The notes beneath the pieces were generated by a model. The model had not been told where the DNA came from and did not search any database. It saw only the letters and a program-made list of their open reading frames with translations. 57,702 bases of DNA from a virus. Its lineage: Duplodnaviria > Caudoviricetes. The number at the start of each line of letters is the position of its first letter. Position 1 is the stretch's first letter. Positions 17,227 through 26,553 of the stretch are shown here, one piece after another. The stretch is taken from the IMG/VR virus record IMGVR_UViG_3300028802_000206, positions 1 through 57,702 of that record; one strand, 5' to 3'. A program made the translations under genes and the position numbers.

Positions 17227-18423
17227 TCACGGCAATTGGCTGTCGATCTGCCGCCGCGCGATGGCTTCGGCCCGCTCCTTGGCGCGAAAGATCACGTTGG
17301 CTTCACGGTAATTGTAGCGCCCGTTCATATGCACGGGCTTGACCATCGTCATCGTGGTCGTGGTGCCGCCGTCGTTCTGCTCGTAGGTGCAGCCCGCGCA
17401 GCCCAGCACCTCGTCGTACATGATCAGCGACGGCGAGGTGACGGCGTAGTATTCGCCAGCGCGCCATATCTCCTCGGACAGGTTTGCGTCCTTGAACCAG
17501 CCCTGCACCGTGATCTGCGCTTCGATCTCGCTGCCTTGCGTAAACACGTATTCCATGTCGGCGCGGCGCTTGATGCCGTGCATCGTGTCGGCCACGTCCG
17601 CCACCACCACCAAGTGCCGATTGCGGGTGGAAGTCCCATCGCGGGTCGCCACCTGCTTGTTCTGTGGGTCGCCGTTGGCTTCGTCGCTCCCGCTGTCCTG
17701 CCCGACCGAGAAGGTGCGCTTGTAGATCTTGTTGTCACGCACCACCGCGTTGGCGCGCAGGATGTTGCCACTCTCGACCAGATAGCCGCTTGTTTGCACC
17801 GGGTGCTCGCCGATCAGCAGCAACCCGCCATTGGCCATCGACCCGATGACGATGCTGCGCATCTTGGCGTAGCGCTCGATGGCTTGCATCGGTGTCTCTC
17901 CAGGCTGCACCTGGATGTTCTTGAACGGCGTGTTGTCCACGTCGCCCTTGGTGTGAATGTTGACGCCGAGATGCGCGGCCAGATCGTTCGCGAGCTGCGT
18001 CACCGACTTGCCGTCGTGGCCATCCAGCTTGTCGAGCGGCACCGACGAGTCGACCAGATCGATGGTGTCGCCGCAGCCGATCAGCCGCACACCGTGGTTG
18101 TTGGCGTCGTAGCCGACGTGGCGCTCGGTGATGTAGCCAAACACCGCCGGATAGCCGCCCAGGAACACCCGCACGATGTCGCCGGGGACGAACTGCGCTC
18201 CCTGGATGGTGAGTGGGACAGAAGCCTCCTCAGTGCACTCGAACTGAAACACCGGGAAGCTCTCGGTCCACTTCTGCTCGACCCGCACCGATGTCCAGTT
18301 GGTGTAAATCTGCCCGCGCACCTCCAGGCTGGCGATCTCCTTGGAGCCTGGGCGGCGGATGATGACCGGATCATCCGGCGTTTCCGCTGGCACTATGGGA
18401 ACTTCGCGGACTGTGATGCCCAT
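17227..18423 (-). CDS. Mu gp44/gpP-like baseplate hub protein
   Basis: WTSVRV, DLVDSS, QPGET....IER motifs; position in the tail module. Confidence 0.85.
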   Translation of the reverse strand: MGITVREVPIVPAETPDDPVIIRRPGSKEIASLEVRGQIYTNWTSVRVEQKWTESFPVFQFECTEEASVPLTIQGAQFVPGDIVRVFLGGYPAVFGYITERHVGYDANNHGVRLIGCGDTIDLVDSSVPLDKLDGHDGKSVTQLANDLAAHLGVNIHTKGDVDNTPFKNIQVQPGETPMQAIERYAKMRSIVIGSMANGGLLLIGEHPVQTSGYLVESGNILRANAVVRDNKIYKRTFSVGQDSGSDEANGDPQNKQVATRDGTSTRNRHLVVVADVADTMHGIKRRADMEYVFTQGSEIEAQITVQGWFKDANLSEEIWRAGEYYAVTSPSLIMYDEVLGCAGCTYEQNDGGTTTTMTMVKPVHMNGRYNYREANVIFRAKERAEAIARRQIDSQLP

Positions 18424-18425
18424 CG

Positions 18426-19088
18426 CTACACCGCCAGCATCTTGCCCGCGCGGGGCATGAAGGCGGGATGGACGACAGAATTTTCGGCAATCAGCTCAAG
18501 GTGGCGCGTCGGGTTTGTGTAGGCGCGCTGCGCCATCCGCAGCGACGGCATCACGGTCTGATAGTTGTAGTTGATGACGCGCGGAAGCAGCCGCCCACGC
18601 ATCGCGAGGTGCTGGGTGACGCTGCCGTGCAGGTTGATCAGCGCCATGTAGGTCGCGGCATCGAGATCGTCGGACGCCACCTCGATGGTCTGCGTGAAGG
18701 CGGCGTTTATCACACCGGCAATGGCATCGACCTCCTCGCGCGAGCGGAATGCCATGTAGACAACGATGCGGGCCTCGGTCGCCAGCGTCAGCCGCACTAT
18801 GGCGAGCACGGTCTGCACCGCTTGCAGGCTGACCGGCCGCTCCGCCAGTGCCGCCTTGCGCACCCGGTCCATGGTGGTCAGCGTGGCCTTGCAGTTGCGC
18901 GCGAGATCGACGCAGACGCTGAAGGCGTAGCAGAAGGTTTCCAGGTCCAGCATGTTGCGGTCGACCACCATCATGCCGACCGCGCGCCGCAACGCCGTGC
19001 CGACGGTGCCGGTCGGCTTCACGGCGGCCGACAGCACGACGGGGCCGATCCGCTTGACGATCCCAACGATTTCATCGTCGTGCATCAT
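18426..19088 (-). CDS. Protein resembling the C-terminal half of Mu gpN (DNA circularization protein)
   Basis: C-terminal PSL..A.R.Y....R..EL...N.V.HPAFMP motif. Confidence 0.65.
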   Translation of the reverse strand: MMHDDEIVGIVKRIGPVVLSAAVKPTGTVGTALRRAVGMMVVDRNMLDLETFCYAFSVCVDLARNCKATLTTMDRVRKAALAERPVSLQAVQTVLAIVRLTLATEARIVVYMAFRSREEVDAIAGVINAAFTQTIEVASDDLDAATYMALINLHGSVTQHLAMRGRLLPRVINYNYQTVMPSLRMAQRAYTNPTRHLELIAENSVVHPAFMPRAGKMLAV

Positions 19089-19732
19089 GGTTGCTGGACG
19101 ATTATCTGGCCGCTGGAATTGCGCATTGCGAAGTTGCCGGCGGGCGTGAGGCGGTTCATTCGCCCCTCCAAACTTGCGTTCATCTCCCCGGCGCTCTTTT
19201 TCACCAGCGCGTAGCCCAGCATGTCCCCGATCTGCTTGTCGGTCTTGCGCGCGGGCGGCCCGATCAGTTGATCCTCAAGTTGGAATGCATCGTCCTCGAC
19301 CTGCCCCGATGTCGAAACCTCGCGCCGGAATTCTGGGTCGCCATACTCGACGAAGTCCATCTCCACCGTGCAATAGCCGCCCTTCTCGCGCGCCTCGGTG
19401 ACGGTGTAGGACATCACCATGACCCGCTTGTCCGTCATCTCGAATGGCAGCGGAAGCCGCAGCAGGCCGGGGCCGTCCTTCTCAAGCGCGTCGATCAGCC
19501 GGTTTTTCTGGTCCCAGTAATTCGGCCCGATAAGGTAGCCCTGCACGAGAAAGCGCAGAGCTTTGTGCCCCATGTCCTCGGCGTATGGCGTGTTGCGCTT
19601 CGGGTATTCGTGCACTGCCACGCGCCGCCCGCCCTGCTGCGCATCGCTCTCGACGAAGAACTGCACGTTGCGGAACGCCGCCTCTTGGTAGCGCTTGCGC
19701 CACGGGTTCGGGACCTTGTCCTTGATGCTCAT
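19085..19732 (-). CDS. DNA circularization N-terminal domain protein (Mu gpN-like)
   Basis: A.FR.V.F.V, GGRRVAVHEYPKR.TPYAEDMG motif. Confidence 0.9.
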   Translation of the reverse strand: MSIKDKVPNPWRKRYQEAAFRNVQFFVESDAQQGGRRVAVHEYPKRNTPYAEDMGHKALRFLVQGYLIGPNYWDQKNRLIDALEKDGPGLLRLPLPFEMTDKRVMVMSYTVTEAREKGGYCTVEMDFVEYGDPEFRREVSTSGQVEDDAFQLEDQLIGPPARKTDKQIGDMLGYALVKKSAGEMNASLEGRMNRLTPAGNFAMRNSSGQIIVQQP

Positions 19733-22155
19733 ATGCTCAAAGTCTCCGCGGCATCCTCGGTGCGCTGCATCTGCTTGTGCTGCCGAACCGTCGTGCCTTG
19801 ATAGAGGTCACCCGCCTCGTTGACCTTGGCGTTGGCCTTGGTGCCGTTGGAATTGACCGTGACGTTGACGTTGCCGTTGACCGATGGCGGGCGGTTGGCG
19901 TTGTCGATGCGGCTGCTGCCCTGTAGTCCCGGCTGCATTCCCGGCGGCAAATTCTTCCCGATCCGCCTGACATGGAAGCCACCGGCCCCGCTTGGGAACG
20001 TGCCTGGACCCCCAGGGTAAAGCTGTGCCGCCGCTGCCGCATTGATGTCCACGCCGACACCGCGCTTCTGCGCGGCCCTGCCGGGACCGACATCGCTCTT
20101 TTTCATGACCATGACCCGCCCGTCAGGCAGCGTCACCTCGTGCCACTCGCCCAGCCCGCCGCGTCCAGGCGTGGCAATGCCGGGATCGGTGTGTGGCAGT
20201 CTGCTCGCCTGCGCGCCCTCGCGGCGTCCAGCTGGGTCGGACCAGCTCCCTATCGGAGCACCTGCGTTGAACCACGTCCCCTTGGTGCCGCCACCACCGG
20301 CCTGCGCAATCGCCGTCGCCCGCCCCGGATCGACACCCTGCTGGATCAGCGCCTGCCGCGCCGCTTCGACACTGCGGATGCCGAAATGGCCGGTGTCGGG
20401 CTTGCGCCAGTTCGCGCCCGAAACAAGCCCCCATTTTTCCGCCAGCTCGTTCTCCGTCCCAACTGGCAGCGACTTGCCGGTGCCGCCGCGAACGCCATAG
20501 CCGACCTGATTGATGTCGATGGCGGCACCAATCGGATGTCCCGATGCGTTGTGCGGGCGAGAGCCAAGCGTGCCAGTCGCGGAACCAAGCGTACCACCGG
20601 CCTTCTCGTAATCGTTGATGAACCCCTGGAAGTTCTGCGCGAACCGCTCATCGACCTGAAACTTCTTGCCGCTCGGGGAGGTGACGGTCGCCAAGCCCTG
20701 TTTCGCGATTGCGGTGCCTGCAGGAGCCGTGATGCCGCCAGTGCCGCCCTGCGAGCCACCGCCAACTCCTTGGCCGTTAGGGTTGCCGGTTGTCGTGCCC
20801 GGAGGGCCTGCCGGTCCTGTGCCAGCGCCAGCGCCCGTGCCTGTTCCGGGTGGCCCACCCGTCCCGCCGGCGCGGAATGCGCGGCCAATCGGGGTGTTGT
20901 CCATGCCCCCAGGCCCCCCCATGCCGCCTGGGCTGTAGGAGGCGTTGGTGAAGCCGCTGCCACCACCCACGCTGCCCCTGCTGCCGCCCGAGAACTCCAC
21001 CAGGGCGTCGTACACGCCGGTCTGCACGATGCGCGATGCCCCGCTGCTCTCGCCGCCGTCGTCGCCAAAGCCGCCGAACGAAATTGGACTGAAGCCACGG
21101 GCGCGGCGCGCGGCGCGCTTCTCCTGCACTGACGGCAAGGGTGGCGCTGGCGCGCTTTCGGCTGGAGTGCCACCCGCGCCGCCGCCCAGCAGCGGGTTCT
21201 TCATCATGTATTCCAGGCTGAACGCGCGACCGGGCAGAGCCAGCCCGAGCATCCACGACGACAACGAGCTTGCCTGATCGCCCTTGCCCGACGCCTTCGA
21301 TGCCCAGTCGTCCAGCTTGCTCAACCCGTCAATCAGCTTGTTCAACTCTCCCAGCTCGTTGGTGAGCGCCGGGATGAGGCGCACGCCGAACTTGACCTTG
21401 AGCAGATCCCAGGTTTCGCCCATGTCGACGAGCATGCCGTTGAATTTTACGGCTGTGGCTATGTCCTCATCGGAAAATGCCTTCTTGGTCTTGACGGTGT
21501 CGGCCCACTGCTCCCACGACAGCCGCGCCGCGACAGCGCCCAGCTTGAGCATGTCAAAGAGCCTTCTGCCCTTTTCTCCCGACGGATCGGACTTGTTGAG
21601 CGCCTCCTTGAAGTCGAACGCCTGCTTGAGGCCATCCAGCATGTCGGTTGACGCCGCAATCCGGTTTACCAAGTCGCCCGCGCCCATCGCGTAAAGCTCG
21701 CCGCGCAGATCGCCTATCCGGTTCTTGAAGTCGGTAAATGTGCCCCGGAACCCCGACAGGCCTGCCATCATGGCCTCGGGCGCGATGCCTGCCTTCTGCG
21801 CCTCGGACGTGAAGGCGCGCAGCGCCTGCTCGCTCAGCCCCAGCTCTTTGCTGGCGTACTTCATCTGGACGATCTTGGATGAGATGTCGCCCAGCGTGCC
21901 GATCAGCGTGCGGGCGGCAACCCCGACGCCAGCCGCGCCCAGGCCGAACGCCCCCAGCGACGGCACCGCCGACTTCAGCTCGCTGCCGACGCCCTTGATG
22001 GTCTTGCCGAGCGAGCTGAAGCTGCTGTTGACCTGCTCGACGCCCTTGCCCGCGCGCGCCGGCACCGCGCCGATCTCGCGACCGATGGCGCGGATGTTCG
22101 CCAGCGCTTCTTCGCTGACGACGGTTGCTCGCAGGCGAAGGACATCATCCGGCAT
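19729..22155 (-). CDS. Tape measure protein with C-terminal M15-like peptidase and RlpA/DPBB-like domains
   Basis: Follows the tail chaperones; helical N-half; SGHPIGAAIDIN...W..PDTGHF; SDVGPG...GVDINAAAA. Confidence 0.75.
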   Translation of the reverse strand: MPDDVLRLRATVVSEEALANIRAIGREIGAVPARAGKGVEQVNSSFSSLGKTIKGVGSELKSAVPSLGAFGLGAAGVGVAARTLIGTLGDISSKIVQMKYASKELGLSEQALRAFTSEAQKAGIAPEAMMAGLSGFRGTFTDFKNRIGDLRGELYAMGAGDLVNRIAASTDMLDGLKQAFDFKEALNKSDPSGEKGRRLFDMLKLGAVAARLSWEQWADTVKTKKAFSDEDIATAVKFNGMLVDMGETWDLLKVKFGVRLIPALTNELGELNKLIDGLSKLDDWASKASGKGDQASSLSSWMLGLALPGRAFSLEYMMKNPLLGGGAGGTPAESAPAPPLPSVQEKRAARRARGFSPISFGGFGDDGGESSGASRIVQTGVYDALVEFSGGSRGSVGGGSGFTNASYSPGGMGGPGGMDNTPIGRAFRAGGTGGPPGTGTGAGAGTGPAGPPGTTTGNPNGQGVGGGSQGGTGGITAPAGTAIAKQGLATVTSPSGKKFQVDERFAQNFQGFINDYEKAGGTLGSATGTLGSRPHNASGHPIGAAIDINQVGYGVRGGTGKSLPVGTENELAEKWGLVSGANWRKPDTGHFGIRSVEAARQALIQQGVDPGRATAIAQAGGGGTKGTWFNAGAPIGSWSDPAGRREGAQASRLPHTDPGIATPGRGGLGEWHEVTLPDGRVMVMKKSDVGPGRAAQKRGVGVDINAAAAAQLYPGGPGTFPSGAGGFHVRRIGKNLPPGMQPGLQGSSRIDNANRPPSVNGNVNVTVNSNGTKANAKVNEAGDLYQGTTVRQHKQMQRTEDAAETLSI

Positions 22156-22164
22156 GGCACTGCC

Positions 22165-22332
22165 TCAGTGCCGCTGCGCCTCCGCAACGGCGAGCATCTT
22201 GTCGGTCCACTCCATGTGCTGCTCGACCTCGTCGAGCGGCATCGCGAGAAATTCCGCCGGGGAACAAGAGTAGACCCGCGCCAGCCGATAGCAGTTCAGA
22301 ACTGCATCGCCTGGGGGCCCGGCGGGAAAAAA
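22165..22332 (-). CDS. -1 frameshift extension of the tail assembly chaperone (gpE'/gpGT-like)
   Basis: Slippery T TTT TTC at 22326-22332. The -1 frame reads FFPAGPPGDAVLNCYRLARVYSCSPAEFLAMPLDEVEQHMEWTDKMLAVAEAQRH-stop and ends 10 nt before the TMP start. Confidence 0.8.
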   Translation of the reverse strand, partial: FFPAGPPGDAVLNCYRLARVYSCSPAEFLAMPLDEVEQHMEWTDKMLAVAEAQRH

Positions 22333-22655
22333 CGTATTAACGCATGCGCGCAGGTCGACCAGTCCTCGCTGTCGAGCGCCTTGATGGTCGAGGGCGGCAC
22401 AGCCGCCAGTATGGACATCATCTCCCCCATCACCGCCGGGTTGACCGCGATCGCCCCGATCCGCCAGTCCTGAACGATGGGATAGCCGCTGCCCATCGCC
22501 ATGATGTCGCCGCCGGTCGGCCTGCGGAACACCAGCTTTTTCACCATCTCCCCGTGCGCCTGCACGGGTGTGGTCAGCTCGATGACGATCTCTTTCGGAC
22601 GCACCGGCTTCGGAGGGTCCTCTTGCTCCACCATCTTGACTGCCGCTTCCGCCAT
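22296..22655 (-). CDS. Tail assembly chaperone (Mu gp41-like)
   Basis: L..PV.AHGE....L.FRRPTGGD motif; located between tube and tape measure genes. Confidence 0.85.
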   Translation of the reverse strand: MAEAAVKMVEQEDPPKPVRPKEIVIELTTPVQAHGEMVKKLVFRRPTGGDIMAMGSGYPIVQDWRIGAIAVNPAVMGEMMSILAAVPPSTIKALDSEDWSTCAHALIRFFPPGPQAMQF

Positions 22656-22665
22656 TGCGTGCTCC

Positions 22666-23034
22666 TTACGATGTCAGCTCGTCGCCATCGACACCTTCGA
22701 ACCGGATGCGGAACTGGCCGTCGTGGGTGTTGATCTCGACCGGGCCTTTGACCCACGCATTGCGCAACACGTAGGTGTGCCCGTTCACCAGCTCGGCGGT
22801 GACGGTGGCGTCGGTGATGCTTTCCAGAAACTCGGTGCTGACCTCGGGCAAGGTTGAGAGATCGCCCTCGATGTACGGCACGCGCGGCAGCTCCTGGTAG
22901 CCGTGCACGTAATCCTGACCGGCGATGCCGGTGCGCTCGACCTGCGTGATCGACACGGTGAGGCTGCCCTTGAGCGGAAACATCGCTCCGTCAACCTTTA
23001 GATACGCGGTGCCAGCGATAGGCCCTTGCGGCAT
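22666..23034 (-). CDS. Tail tube protein (Mu gpM-like)
   Basis: IAGTAYLKVDG, G.D.VHGY.E.PRVPYIE, AELVNG..Y.L..AW motifs. Confidence 0.9.
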   Translation of the reverse strand: MPQGPIAGTAYLKVDGAMFPLKGSLTVSITQVERTGIAGQDYVHGYQELPRVPYIEGDLSTLPEVSTEFLESITDATVTAELVNGHTYVLRNAWVKGPVEINTHDGQFRIRFEGVDGDELTS

Positions 23035-23348
23035 GCAAGCCTCCCATGGTTAAAGGGGCGTGCCGCACGGCAATCTGGATCGAAACTTTGAGGGGGCAGG
23101 CGCTCAAACGCCGGCCCCTTTTCTTTTATTACCAGTCACCTTTGAAAAACCCAAAGCATCCAAGGTCGTGCAAATGGTTTGCGTGGTTGGAGAGACCTTT
23201 CTCCAAAACTCGCCCAGGTAGTTGGTTGGACTTTCGGGTTGTAATGAAGCGTTACTACGAGCGATGGAACGCGATCACCCGCGCCGCCACGATCGAATAC
23301 AGCCCTGTGTAGGTCCCGGCATCGATAGCCACCAGACCGGGCTGTAAC

Positions 23349-23993
23349 TCACTGCCACGCCTCCTGCACCCATGGGATGGCGCAGACTTGCGGCTTGTGG
23401 CTCCCTCCGAAATTGATGACCGCCGCGTGCTTCGGCGGGTGCATTGTCAGGTCGCGGTAATTGCAGAAAAAGTCCCGTGGCATCAGGGCCTGCAGGAACA
23501 GCGCCTCGGGATACAGAAGCTCAATGGCCTTCTGGTCGCCGTAGCGCCAGGACCGCTCAATGTACCAGTCGCGACGGTGGTCGAAGCGCGACCAGATGAA
23601 CCCGCACTGGCCGCCGCCGATCACCATGACGCTGCTACTGTATTTGCAGGGATAGTCGAGTCCCGCGCGCCGCGCCGGATTTTCCAAAATGCTGAACTCG
23701 CCCGGTGCATCCGCAAGTGGTGTGACGTCGTTGATGAGAATGTTGTCGAGATGGAAGTAAACTACTTTTGATCGGCCGCGCCACGTCGGCTCGAACAGAA
23801 GCATCTTGTTCCACCACCCTGGGAGGCCTGCCTCCACCACGTCGATAAAGGTGACGTCGTCACACCGCTCGGGCTGATCTGTCATGCAGACCATCTCGTG
23901 GTCGCGCGACAGGTGACGCCTGATCATGTTGCGCAGCTTGATGACGTAATCGAATCCGTACTCGCTGCCGGTGCGCACGCACGCGACAATCAC
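23349..23993 (-). CDS. GT-A fold glycosyltransferase-like protein
   Basis: Y...YV.KL.NM..RHL, C.TD, GWWNKMLLF, YFHLD (DxD position), SSVM, GDQ, F.G..KP motifs. Confidence 0.7.
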   Translation of the reverse strand: MIVACVRTGSEYGFDYVIKLRNMIRRHLSRDHEMVCMTDQPERCDDVTFIDVVEAGLPGWWNKMLLFEPTWRGRSKVVYFHLDNILINDVTPLADAPGEFSILENPARRAGLDYPCKYSSSVMVIGGGQCGFIWSRFDHRRDWYIERSWRYGDQKAIELLYPEALFLQALMPRDFFCNYRDLTMHPPKHAAVINFGGSHKPQVCAIPWVQEAWQ

Positions 23994-24010
23994 ATCGGGC
24001 TCCCAGGCTG

Positions 24011-24712
24011 TTACCGAGAGAGCATTGCCACGCCGTCATCGAGCGTGACCTTCTGAAAACAGCGAATTGCCGATGTCGGACAGGCATTCGCAATGTGAAC
24101 GCCACGCTTGTTGAGGTGCGGGACGTAGACTTCGAAGTGGCTCGCCCAGACCTTCCAGTTCTCGTGGTTCTGTGCCCGCTTCTTGTCGTGCTGCTGGTTG
24201 TCTTGAAAGGAACCGTCATAGTCGTAGCCGAACAAGATTATGTGCTTGGCCTGCTTGTGCAGGCAGATTTGCAGCGCACCGAACCCGCTGGTGCCGCCGC
24301 CATAGATCGCGCTTGGATCTTCAGACACCGCCTGACCCACCAGCCGCTTGACGAAGGTGACGTTGCGCGATGGCGGCGGACCAGTCTTGGCGAGCTGGTC
24401 CTCGGGAACCGCCCAGTAGACACGCGCCGGCACGTCGGCGAGCTTGTCGCGCCATTCGGCATAGCGCTCTATATCGAGACCGAACCCTGCGTCCGCCCAT
24501 GGGATGTCGAAGATCGACCCCTTGACCGCAAGGATGGTCGCGCCCCGCAGGCGCTCGAAATCAAAACCGATGAGTGAATGCCCGCCGGCGACGATGGCAA
24601 CCGGTTGCTTGTCCCAGTACGGCGATCCCACCTTGCCGTAGGCATCACCCGCGTCAAAGTCCGCATCTGGCGGTGCCGTGACCATGCGCCGGTTGACTCG
24701 TCCTGTCGTCAT
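24011..24712 (-). CDS. Maf/MptE-like (DUF115-type) putative glycosyltransferase
   Basis: IVAGGHSL, GGTSGFGALQ.....AKHIILFGYDY, I.NAC..S.I.CF motifs; start MTTGR with GAGG RBS. Confidence 0.65.
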   Translation of the reverse strand: MTTGRVNRRMVTAPPDADFDAGDAYGKVGSPYWDKQPVAIVAGGHSLIGFDFERLRGATILAVKGSIFDIPWADAGFGLDIERYAEWRDKLADVPARVYWAVPEDQLAKTGPPPSRNVTFVKRLVGQAVSEDPSAIYGGGTSGFGALQICLHKQAKHIILFGYDYDGSFQDNQQHDKKRAQNHENWKVWASHFEVYVPHLNKRGVHIANACPTSAIRCFQKVTLDDGVAMLSR

Positions 24713-24763
24713 CGTCCGCCTCATTGAAGGTGGCGCGCACCGGATGCGCGCCACCTCTGCCTG

Positions 24764-26553
24764 TTAGACTGCAATTGCGGTGTCGACTCCTCTATCATAT
24801 TGTAAACGGAATTGTGCCAGAACCGCGAAGATGCGGAGCTGATTGATCAGGTCGGGCGGGTACAGCACATCGATCCGGTTTGCATCGTTGGCGTTGCGTT
24901 CCACGATCAGGTTCTTCTTGAAGGCCTGCGCGTTCTCGACCCGGCCCAGGAACTCGTCGGCCCGGTACTGCGCGACCAGCTCCGCCTTGATGATCTTCGG
25001 CGTCACGATGGCTTGCCCCGCCCCGAACCGCGTGCCGTCGTCCGCCAGCTTGTGACGCGGGTATTTGCTGGTGATTGCGTGCCGCTGCGAACGGAACAGC
25101 GCCGCCAGCGTGGCCAGCGTCGGTACGAGTTCGTAGGCGTCGTCACCCTGGCCGTAGAGGTTCTTCTGGTAGGTGGTGCTCTCCCGCATGATCGCCGGGA
25201 TGCCGTCGTCGTTGACCGACTGGGTGGCTATTCCGACGCCCGCAAGCTGGTTGCACTGCGCCTTGGTGAAGCGCTGATGCTTCGGCGCGGGCAGGCAGCC
25301 CTCCATCGCCAGCGTCTGGAGCGGTCGCGCCGGGTCGTTGAGCAGCGCGCGAGCGGCCTTGGCCGCGTAGGCCGCGGCCCAGTTCCATGAGGGTGTCGGC
25401 GAGCTGTCCTCCACCCCCATGATCGAAAGCACGCCGCTATTGTTGTTTGGGCCGTACTCGATCAGCGTCGTCAGATCGCTCTTGTAGGCGCCGAACACAT
25501 GCCCGTAGAGCTGCCGCATCCAACCCCAGCGACCAGTGTCGGAGAAGCCATATTCGGCCTCCAACTGCATCAGCGAGGTGCTGTCGGAGAAACCGGTGGC
25601 GACATACTCGTAGATCTCATCGCCCAGGTTGACGATTGCCTGCGTGAGATCAACGGTGCCGGTTCCGCCCGCCAGCTTGTTGTCGACGGGCATCGTGATG
25701 GTGAGGCCGATCGGCACGCGCTCCGCTGCGAGCGCCCCGCCATAGGCCAGCCGCACGTCGATCTCGTTGCCCTCCACGCCCTTCCACTTCGCGGTCAGCG
25801 TGATGTCGGGACTGTCGGCCGGCGTCGTGGTCGCGATCACCGGCATCGACGGGTCCTTGTTGATGGCGGCGGCGATCTTGCCGCCGACAACGGCGATAGC
25901 CTCACCGGCCGCGATGCTGACCTGCACTCGGCGTCCCGCGATGTAGACCGGCAGCGTGCCTGCGGCGGTCGCTGGTGCCGTCACCGTCATGGTCGCGGTG
26001 GCGGCAACACCAGCCGTCGCCTCCGCGATTGGCATGACCCACAACTCCTGCGCAAAGTTGTTGCGCGTGAAGGCTTCCACCATGCCGTCGAGCATCGAGC
26101 CGTAGCCGAACAGCAGGCGGGCGTCGGCCTGCGAAGGCACCGGCACGGGCACGTTGGGAATGGCGGTGCCGTCAGCGATCATGGTGCCGATGATGAGCGA
26201 GGTCAGCCGCGAGCGCGGATAACCGGCCATGCTCGAATCCACTTCGACCCAATATAGCGGCCCTTTCCTTCGCAGCGAGGCGCGACGCTCGCTGCCGCCT
26301 TGCGGCTGCTGCATGTTCCCATGCAGAGGAGACTATCTCATCACCCTTTTCAGGGGCCGGGGGCTTCGGGCCGCTTGGCCCTACGATCTTGCGATCTAGT
26401 CGTTACACCTTCCGCATCGCTGCGGCTTGGCTCGGTGTTGTCCGTCCTGGATGTTCACCGAATTCACCCGGTTGTTCAATGCCGATTGCTCGGCAAGGGG
26501 ACCATCTACTTAATCCGCCAATTTGCAGGAATGGATGAGAAACTCACGGGCAT
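24764..26553 (-). CDS. Tail sheath protein (Mu gpL-like); exons 26553-26513 and 26261-24764, split by a group I intron
   Basis: The spliced frame reads MPVSFSSIPANWR(M/I)PLYWVEVDSSMAG..., 512 aa. AAGGAG RBS before 26553; DPARPLQTL and PPDLINQLRIFA motifs. Confidence 0.9.
26262..26512 (-). ncRNA. ORF-less group I self-splicing intron (251 nt; boundaries may shift by 1 nt)
   Basis: 5' exon ends in U, intron ends in G. P1 GGAU/GUCC with U-G pair. P AAUUCGGUGAA, Q AACACCGAGCCAAG, R GUAACGACUA, S GAGAUAGUC; P7 GACUA/UAGUC. Removal restores the sheath frame. Confidence 0.9.

Noticed and set aside
16654-18522. 622-aa plus-strand ORF and similar long antisense ORFs across the late region
   Set aside because: They lie opposite well-supported structural genes and are expected in GC-rich DNA.
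26262-26314. ORF-track start MQQPQGG for the sheath protein
   Set aside because: It lies inside the group I intron; the real N-terminus is exon 1 at 26553.
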